DNA of 64,000 bases from Rhodothermales bacterium (GTDB lineage Bacteria > Bacteroidota > Rhodothermia > Rhodothermales > Bin80), in contig OZ244626.1 in NCBI GenBank assembly GCA_965218495.1, forward strand, positions 1,030,469 to 1,094,468, written 5' to 3'. A program made the position numbers and the translations under genes. The notes beneath the pieces are model-generated. The model saw only the letters and a list, made by a program, of their open reading frames with translations, was not told where the DNA came from and ran no database searches. Positions within the stretch are counted from its first letter, which is position 1; the number at the start of each line of letters is the position of its first letter. Positions 57,874-64,000 of the stretch are shown in pieces.

Positions 57874-58913
57874 CAGCTAAGTGCCTGTGCCAGGATAGCC
57901 ACCTGCGCATGCAGCCTGAATTCCGCCTGCAGCAGGTGGATTGCCTGGGGGCTGTCGATCACGGCATCAGAAACAACCACGTTGCGCCGGACGGGAAGGC
58001 AATGCATGAAAGCACCCTGGTTGGTTCTTGCCATCAGCGCCTGGGTAACGCGCCAGTACTTATGGCGTCCCCGAATTACCGCTTCTTTTTCGGAGTTCTG
58101 GTACCGCAGTGCGCTTCCCCAGGCCTTGGCGTAGATCACGTCTGCACCTGTAGCTGCGGCCTCCAGGTTTGCAGTCTCGGTAACAGCCTGGCCATGTGCG
58201 GCTGCATACTGATGCGCCTTCGCCATCACGCCTGGGTCCAATTCATACCCTTCGGGGCGTGCTACCGTGACATCCATGCCCAGGCGGGCCGCCATCAGCA
58301 CGGCCGAGTTGGGTACAGCCATGGGAAGTGCCTTGGGATGGTAGGCCCACGCCAGTACAAACCGCTTGCCGCGCGTCGCGCCGCCAAACCGGTGGTGCAG
58401 CGTTCCGGCATCGGCCAGAGCCTGGCACGGGTGGTAGAAGGCTGATTCAAGGTTGATGACAGGAACGGTGGCCGCGTCCAATATCATTCGGAAGCGTTCT
58501 TCGTCCCGGTCCGCCGCGTAGTCGGTACCGGAGGCAAAAGCCCGCACTCCCAGCACGGAGAAGTAGCGCGAGAGGACTCCGATAGCTTCGTGGATGTGCT
58601 CAGGGCGTTCACCATCCATCACTTCGCCTTCGCGCCATTCGAAGGCCCAGGTGCCCTGGCCCGGGACTATTGTGCAGGGATGCAGATGCAGGCGTGCCGC
58701 GGCTACCTCCATAGAGGTGCGTGTGCGCAGCGATGGATTGAAAAAGACCAGCCCGATGCTGCGCGTCACTGGCGACGGCGGGCGCTGCTTGCCATGGTAT
58801 TCCTCTACGGCACCAAGCACCATGCGGTCCCAGGCCTGGTCGCTTCGCTCGTGCCAAGCCAGAAGGTGTTTGCCGCGCAGGGCAGCCTCGTCCCAAACGT
58901 GCATGCTACTCAA
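57873..58913 (-). CDS. argF': N-acyl-ornithine carbamoyltransferase (ArgF' type; acetyl versus succinyl specificity not resolvable here)
   Basis: FFNPSLRTRTS, HPCQALAD and HCLP motifs with the extended N-terminus typical of the AOTC/SOTC clade. Confidence 0.8.
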   Translation of the reverse strand: MSSMHVWDEAALRGKHLLAWHERSDQAWDRMVLGAVEEYHGKQRPPSPVTRSIGLVFFNPSLRTRTSMEVAAARLHLHPCTIVPGQGTWAFEWREGEVMDGERPEHIHEAIGVLSRYFSVLGVRAFASGTDYAADRDEERFRMILDAATVPVINLESAFYHPCQALADAGTLHHRFGGATRGKRFVLAWAYHPKALPMAVPNSAVLMAARLGMDVTVARPEGYELDPGVMAKAHQYAAAHGQAVTETANLEAAATGADVIYAKAWGSALRYQNSEKEAVIRGRHKYWRVTQALMARTNQGAFMHCLPVRRNVVVSDAVIDSPQAIHLLQAEFRLHAQVAILAQALS

Positions 58914-60078
58914 GGCTCATGAGTGCCATCTCGAATCCGTCGGCAAAGCACTCGAGCTCCGCATCGGAGGTGATAAGCGGGGGCATCAGACGCATGACAT
59001 GGGGATCTTCCGAGCCGCCGGAAAGCACGCCGTGCTCGCGCAGAGCGGTAACCACAGGCGCGCACGGGCGCCCGAAATCCAGGCCCACCAGGCATCCACG
59101 TCCCCGCACCGACTCTACATACGGTTTGGCGACATCCTGCACACCGCTGAATACGTCAGCTGCGCGTCCCATCAGGTTGCCGTCCAAGATCGTCTGCACG
59201 GTTGCTTCCACTGCAGCCATTGCGAGCATGCCACCGCCAAACGTGGAACCCTGATCCCCGTACTCAACGCCTGCTGAAAGCGCGTCGCTTGCCATCGTGG
59301 CACCTACGGGAACACCCGAGCCCAGGCCCTTGGCCAGCGTTATGAGGTCCGGTGTTATGCCGTACTGCTCCGCAATAGAAAACGTGCCCGTCCGGCCGAT
59401 CCCGGTCTGGACCTCGTCAAAGATGAGCAGCGTCCCTGTGGCGTCGCACAGCTCACGAAGGCCCCGATAGTATGACGCAGGAGCCTGCACCATTCCGGCG
59501 ATGCTCTGAATGGGCTCGAGGAATACCGCAGCGACATCCCCGGACGCTTCCAACGCGTGCTGCACTGCGCCCACATCGCCCAAGGGCACAAAGTGCGTAC
59601 GCGGCAGGACGCGCTGGTAGGGCGCGCGATACGTGCTGTTCCACGTTGTTGCCAGGCTTCCCAGCGTGCGGCCATGAAAGTCACCTTCCATGGCTATCAT
59701 CTCGCTGCGCCCGGTGGCCTTGCGGGCAATCTTGAGCGCCGTTTCCACGGCCTCCGTGCCTGAGTTGCAAAAGAAGACATTTCCCAGGCCCGCTGGGGCG
59801 GCGCGTGCCAGCAGAGCGGCCGCACGGGCGCGCACGTCGCTATAGACTACGTTGGAGTAGAACAGCAGGGTGGAGGCTTGCCGGCGCACGGCTTCGACTA
59901 CACGCGGAGGGCAATGACCCAAAAGCGTCACGCAATGGCCACCGTAGAAGTCGAGGTAACGCTTGCCATCCGCATCCCAAACGTAGGCACCCTCCCCACG
60001 TACGAGCGCGATGGGAAGTTTCCGATATGTGGGGACGAGGAAGGAGTCCTCAGCGCGTACGATTTCGGCGGTGGTCAT
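58906..60078 (-). CDS. argD: Acetylornithine aminotransferase
   Basis: Class III aminotransferase: FCNSGTEA, DEVQTGIGRTG, TLAKGLGSG (PLP Lys). Confidence 0.9.
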   Translation of the reverse strand: MTTAEIVRAEDSFLVPTYRKLPIALVRGEGAYVWDADGKRYLDFYGGHCVTLLGHCPPRVVEAVRRQASTLLFYSNVVYSDVRARAAALLARAAPAGLGNVFFCNSGTEAVETALKIARKATGRSEMIAMEGDFHGRTLGSLATTWNSTYRAPYQRVLPRTHFVPLGDVGAVQHALEASGDVAAVFLEPIQSIAGMVQAPASYYRGLRELCDATGTLLIFDEVQTGIGRTGTFSIAEQYGITPDLITLAKGLGSGVPVGATMASDALSAGVEYGDQGSTFGGGMLAMAAVEATVQTILDGNLMGRAADVFSGVQDVAKPYVESVRGRGCLVGLDFGRPCAPVVTALREHGVLSGGSEDPHVMRLMPPLITSDAELECFADGFEMALMSLE

Positions 60079-60084
60079 GGCTAT

Positions 60085-61098
60085 TCAGGGTAGCAGTCCC
60101 GCAGCCGGGCCCATCCCGAGGACCTCGTTTAGGTTCTGGATGGCCTGCGAGGCAGCGCCCTTTAGGAGGTTATCCAGCGCAAAGCCAATAATCAGGCACT
60201 CTCCTTGCTCCACCCAGCCTATGTCGCAGAAAGGCGTGCCCACCGCATATCGGAGTTCCGGCAGCATTCCTGGCCACAACCGCACCAGTGGCTTATCGCC
60301 ATAGTAGGCCTCGTATAGCTCGCCTATGGCCGCACTCGGATCAGGCGCCATGGCGCTGATATGGACACTTCCCCAGATCCCTCGCGACCAAGGGCCTGAC
60401 GCAGGCACCAGCGATACGCTCGCACCTGGGTGCAGCAGTTGCATCACTTCGGGCAGGTGTTGGTGTCGCAGCACCTTGTATGCGCGGATGTTGCCGTCCC
60501 TGGTAGGGTAGTGGGTGGCAGCTTTCGGGCGCGTTCCGGACCCCGAGGCGCCCGTGATCGCCGTGATCGATGCATGATATGACGACAGTTTTTCCTGCAA
60601 GGGACGCAGTGCAAGGGCCACGCCCGTTGCGAAGCAGCCCGGGTTAGCTACCCTGTTGGTATGGTAGGGGGCGGTGAGTTCCGTCATGCCATATACAAAC
60701 TGGGGCAACAAGTCCGGTGCGGGATGTTCAAACCCATACCAGCGCTCATAGTCGGCGGGGTCGTTCAGCCTGAAGTCGGCGCTAAGGTCGACGATAGCAC
60801 CATCAAATCTGCGGCTCAAGAGGTCCATTACGACCTGCACGGCCTTGCCATGCTCTGCGGCAATCAGCACGCCGTCCAGACCGGCGGCGTCCAGGTCCGA
60901 CGGGTCGGTAAAGGCCATGCCTGTTGCTCCCCGCAGGTCAGGGTGTGCCTGGTGAATCGGCTTGTCGGCAAAGGTGCGACTGGTGATGGCAGCCAGGGCC
61001 ACATGGGGGTGTCCAAGCAGGATACGGATGAGCTCGCGGCCCGCGTATCCAGCGCCGTGCAGCACCGCGACGGTCTTCTTTGCAGAGTCGTTCCTCAT
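60085..61098 (-). CDS. argC: N-acetyl-gamma-glutamyl-phosphate reductase
   Basis: Start at the internal Met (MRNDSAKKTVAVLHGAGYAGRELIRIL Rossmann motif). Catalytic ANPGCFAT. The 59-codon upstream extension overlaps argG. Confidence 0.9.
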   Translation of the reverse strand: MRNDSAKKTVAVLHGAGYAGRELIRILLGHPHVALAAITSRTFADKPIHQAHPDLRGATGMAFTDPSDLDAAGLDGVLIAAEHGKAVQVVMDLLSRRFDGAIVDLSADFRLNDPADYERWYGFEHPAPDLLPQFVYGMTELTAPYHTNRVANPGCFATGVALALRPLQEKLSSYHASITAITGASGSGTRPKAATHYPTRDGNIRAYKVLRHQHLPEVMQLLHPGASVSLVPASGPWSRGIWGSVHISAMAPDPSAAIGELYEAYYGDKPLVRLWPGMLPELRYAVGTPFCDIGWVEQGECLIIGFALDNLLKGAASQAIQNLNEVLGMGPAAGLLP

Positions 61099-61124
61099 TG
61101 GCTGCCGCAGCTGACTGGAAGGCG

Positions 61125-62324
61125 TTAGCTGCTGTTGGTTCGCGCCTTGTGGGCCAGGTATGCTTGCATGCCCGCGATGCGGCAGAATCCTCGCGCATCG
61201 TCTCCGTTCCAATACGCCGTTTCTTCGCCGTATGTAGCGACGCCGGTGTTGAACATTGAGTATGGGCTCTCGCATCCCTGAACGGATACCTTGCCACCGG
61301 CGAGACGTACGAACACATCGCCGATGACGACCTGTTGGGAGCTCACCAGAAACGCTTCAATGTCACGCATCACAGGATCGAAGTGCTGACCTTCATGAAG
61401 TAGCATGCCATAGAAGTCCGCCAAGTGGTCTTTCTGGTAGCGTTGCCACTTGGTGAGAACAATCTTTTCCAGCTCCCGATGGGCGGCCACCAGTATGATT
61501 GGCGCCGGTGCCTCAAACGCCACTCTCCCCTTTACGCCCAGGATCGTGTCTCCCACGTGCATGTCGCGTCCGACGCCAAAGGGCAGTCCCAGCGAGTTCA
61601 GCCATTCAATGAGCGGAACCGGATCCATAGGCGTTCCATCGATCGCCACCGGCACGCCTTTGTCAAAGGTCAGTTTGATGTCCTGGTACGCGCGGGAATT
61701 CTGCGCGACCAACGTTGCGCCGGGGTAAGCCTCCTCGGGCAGCGGGTCACGAGTCCCCAGTGTTTCTGCGCCGCCAATAGTGGTCCCCCAGAGTCCTGAA
61801 TTTATGGAGTACCGGGTAGTTGAGGTAGGAACGCTGAAGCCGCGTTTCTTCAGAAACGCTGTCGTATGCTGCCGAGTGAAGTGGTTATCGCGGATGGGCG
61901 TGATGATTTCGAGGTCGTCAGCCAGAAGCTGCAGTGCTACATCAAAGCGCACCTGATCATTGCCGGCGCCGGTCGAGCCATGCGCGATAGCGCGGGCACC
62001 CAGTTCCCGCGCGACGGCCACGGTCATACGCGCCTGAACTACCCGCTCCGAACCCACGCACAACGGGTAAACGCCACCGCGCAGCACGTTGCCCATGACG
62101 AGGAAGCGCAGATGGTCATCGAACAGCAGATGGCGACCGTCTATCAGGTAGTGTCCGGCTGCGCCCAACTCCAACGACCGGGCTTGAAGCCCTGCCTGAT
62201 CCGCATCCGTGATGGCGCCTGTATTCACCGTGACGGTGAATACCGGCTCGTTAAGGGTTTCGCGCAAATAGGGTACGCAGAATGACGTATCCAGGCCACC
62301 ACTAAAGGCTAGGACGATGAGCAT
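61125..62324 (-). CDS. argG: Argininosuccinate synthase
   Basis: AFSGGLDTS PP-loop and GSTGAGNDQVRF. Confidence 0.95.
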   Translation of the reverse strand: MLIVLAFSGGLDTSFCVPYLRETLNEPVFTVTVNTGAITDADQAGLQARSLELGAAGHYLIDGRHLLFDDHLRFLVMGNVLRGGVYPLCVGSERVVQARMTVAVARELGARAIAHGSTGAGNDQVRFDVALQLLADDLEIITPIRDNHFTRQHTTAFLKKRGFSVPTSTTRYSINSGLWGTTIGGAETLGTRDPLPEEAYPGATLVAQNSRAYQDIKLTFDKGVPVAIDGTPMDPVPLIEWLNSLGLPFGVGRDMHVGDTILGVKGRVAFEAPAPIILVAAHRELEKIVLTKWQRYQKDHLADFYGMLLHEGQHFDPVMRDIEAFLVSSQQVVIGDVFVRLAGGKVSVQGCESPYSMFNTGVATYGEETAYWNGDDARGFCRIAGMQAYLAHKARTNSS

Positions 62325-62531
62325 CTACGCGTGGTTTGCTTTCCATAAGAAAGGCGCTGATTCGTGGCAATCAGCGCCATCGACTGCTTGCGGTACCTAT
62401 AGGGGTGCCCAAACCGCTATGTTACGCGCCATGCAACCAAAGGATCACGGCTCGATCGCGCGCGGCATCAAAGCAGGCGGGTACATTTACTGTTTTCTGG
62501 GGTTATAGGAAGCGTACAGGCCACGTGCACC

Positions 62532-63629
62532 ATGATTCACGAGCTCAAGCTGCTCTCCGAGTCAGACGGTCCTCGCACTTCGCGCAGTGCTGCCAGCGCG
62601 GTGCCGAATGGATTTGGTCTGGCCTACAACCCGAACTACTCCCGGGACCAAGTCCTTGCGGATGGCTTTGGCCGGCTGCACACGTACCTCAGGATCTCGC
62701 TGGTTGAGCATTGCAACCTTCGGTGCCGATACTGCATGCCCGAGGATGGATTGGACTGGACACCAGCTGCCGGTATTCTCACGCAGGGCGAGGTCATCCG
62801 CCTGGCACGGCTATTCGTCCAGCAAGGCGTGAACAAGATCCGCCTGACTGGCGGAGAGCCGCTTTTGAGGCAGGGCATAGAGGAGATCGCGGAAGCCATT
62901 GGATGTCTTCCCGGACTGCGCACCTTGGCTATCACGACCAATGGCCTTTTGCTGCCGAAAAAGCTCGGGCGACTTAAGGCGGCAGGAGTGAACCTTCTTA
63001 ACATCAGCCTTGACACGCTGTGTGCGGATCGATTCGAAGAGATCACGCGTCGGCGCGGGCTGAATTTGGTACTGCGCGCCGTTGACGAAGCCGTGCGCCA
63101 AGGCTACGTGCCGGTCAAGGTGAACTGCGTGGTGATGCGCGGGCTCAATGAGGACGAGCTGATAGACTTTGTCGAGTGGACCCGGGAGATGCCTATTGAG
63201 GTGCGGTTTATTGAGTTCATGCCGTTCGATGGCAACCGCTGGGATGTTGGCCGGCTGTTTTCGTATCAGGAGATGCTTGAAGTTCTCCAGCGATCCTTTC
63301 CGCTGGAACGGCTGATAGATGGGCCGAATGATGTGTCCAAGACATACCGGGTACCAGGCTTTGTGGGTAGGATAGGCTTCATCACTTCCATGACGGAAAA
63401 CTTTTGCGAGGGTTGCAACCGGCTGCGCATCACTGCGGACGGAAATCTCAAGGTATGCCTATTCGGCCGCACCGAGCTGAGCTTGGGCGACGCGATGCGC
63501 AGCGGCGCCTCAGATGCCGAGCTCTTAGACGTAATCAGCGCCGCGATCGGGCGCAAGCGAGCACGGCACGCCGGCATGCATAACCTGGCGACGATGACCA
63601 ATCGCCCCATGATTACCATTGGGGGGTAG
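62532..63629 (+). CDS. moaA: GTP 3',8-cyclase (molybdenum cofactor biosynthesis protein A)
   Basis: Radical-SAM CNLRCRYC, LTGGEPLL and a C-terminal second cluster (CEGCNRLRITADG). About 45-aa N-terminal extension, so the true start may be later. Confidence 0.9.
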   Translation: MIHELKLLSESDGPRTSRSAASAVPNGFGLAYNPNYSRDQVLADGFGRLHTYLRISLVEHCNLRCRYCMPEDGLDWTPAAGILTQGEVIRLARLFVQQGVNKIRLTGGEPLLRQGIEEIAEAIGCLPGLRTLAITTNGLLLPKKLGRLKAAGVNLLNISLDTLCADRFEEITRRRGLNLVLRAVDEAVRQGYVPVKVNCVVMRGLNEDELIDFVEWTREMPIEVRFIEFMPFDGNRWDVGRLFSYQEMLEVLQRSFPLERLIDGPNDVSKTYRVPGFVGRIGFITSMTENFCEGCNRLRITADGNLKVCLFGRTELSLGDAMRSGASDAELLDVISAAIGRKRARHAGMHNLATMTNRPMITIGG

Positions 63630-63652
63630 CGACAACACGTTTTGGTGAAAGT

Positions 63653-64000
63653 ATGGTAGCCTTCCTGATGTCTCTAGCGGCATGGGCCAGCCTGCAAAGC
63701 GCGGCGGACACCACCTCGTTCGACGTCATGACCTTCAACGTGCGCTATGACAACCCCACCGATGGAGAGCACGCTTGGGACCACCGGAAGGAGCGAGTGG
63801 CGGCTATCATGCAGCGGGCCGACATCATCGGTGTCCAGGAGGCCCTTGCAGGGCAGGTGAATGACTTACAGTCGATGCTGCCCGGGTATGCCTGGTTTGG
63901 CGTGGGGCGTGATGACGGGATGCAGGCCGGGGAGTTTTCGCCGGTATTCTACCGTCAGGATAAGTTCCAACTTATAGACCGGGGTACTTTTTGGCTCTCG
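63653..64000 (+). CDS. Secreted endonuclease/exonuclease/phosphatase (EEP) family protein, 5' part (runs off the window)
   Basis: Not in the ORF track because no stop lies within the window. ATG 63653 gives MVAFLMSLAAWASLQSAADTTSFDVMTFNVRYDNP...IIGVQEA...GEFSPVFYRQDKF. That is a signal peptide plus the N-terminal EEP motifs (N..., QE). Confidence 0.7.
   Translation, partial: MVAFLMSLAAWASLQSAADTTSFDVMTFNVRYDNPTDGEHAWDHRKERVAAIMQRADIIGVQEALAGQVNDLQSMLPGYAWFGVGRDDGMQAGEFSPVFYRQDKFQLIDRGTFWLS

Noticed and set aside
61099-61275. N-terminal extensions offered by the ORF track for argC (61099-61275), the RecQ-like gene (32539-32592), the OMP gene (8276-8461) and paralogue B (5870-6025).
   Set aside because: In each case the extension overlaps a neighbouring gene or lacks similarity to the family or paralogue. 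An internal Met gives the expected N-terminus (Rossmann motif, signal peptide, or paralogue alignment).
1-64000. CRISPR arrays, rRNA genes, retron or DGR reverse transcriptases, and intact IS elements or integrases.
   Set aside because: No regularly spaced short direct repeats, no rRNA-like sequence, no RT motifs (YxDD) in any sizeable ORF, and no full-length transposase or recombinase ORF were seen. Only the short IS21-type remnant at 5686-5940 was found.

Overview
High-GC chromosomal segment. Spot counts give about 57-68% GC in housekeeping genes. Gene content points to a Bacteroidota/Rhodothermota-type organism: T9SS porU-porV, CTD-sorted proteins, DUF5683, and an ArgF'-type arginine cluster. 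About 50 genes are supported and most are housekeeping. They include a sigma-54 enhancer-binding response regulator, lolD, nadA, a T9SS attachment-complex operon, a DAACS symporter, tRNA-Arg(CCG), cdsA, mutL, tilS, hpt, mutS and purD. There is also an ilvBNC-leuBACD-cimA block, a minus-strand argG-C-D-F'-B-E block, and moaA.

The main accessory region is 32.2-37.2 kb, a lower-GC two-gene cassette. The first gene is a RecQ-family helicase fused to a ComF-type phosphoribosyltransferase domain. The second is a 662-aa protein built from two tandem DprA/Smf-like modules, the second with a degenerate GG-loop. The domain logic matches what I recall of the PsyrTA/ShosTA toxin-antitoxin/anti-phage families. 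I cannot place the tandem pseudo-dimeric DprA partner in any described architecture.

A second accessory patch lies at 4.5-6.9 kb. A 276-nt direct duplication of the nadA 3' end brackets two paralogous small membrane proteins and an IS21-type transposase HTH remnant, which looks like a decayed integrated element.

Other points worth a second look:
- A CTD-bearing M6-like protease-fold protein sits directly after porV, with HExxH replaced by SSFFS.
- The next gene is an HExxH + PD40-propeller + C-terminal beta-barrel protein.
- Two unexplained non-coding or gene-poor stretches lie at 23.0-23.65 kb and 45.3-46.35 kb.

All family assignments rest on motif reading by eye. No searches or computations were run.
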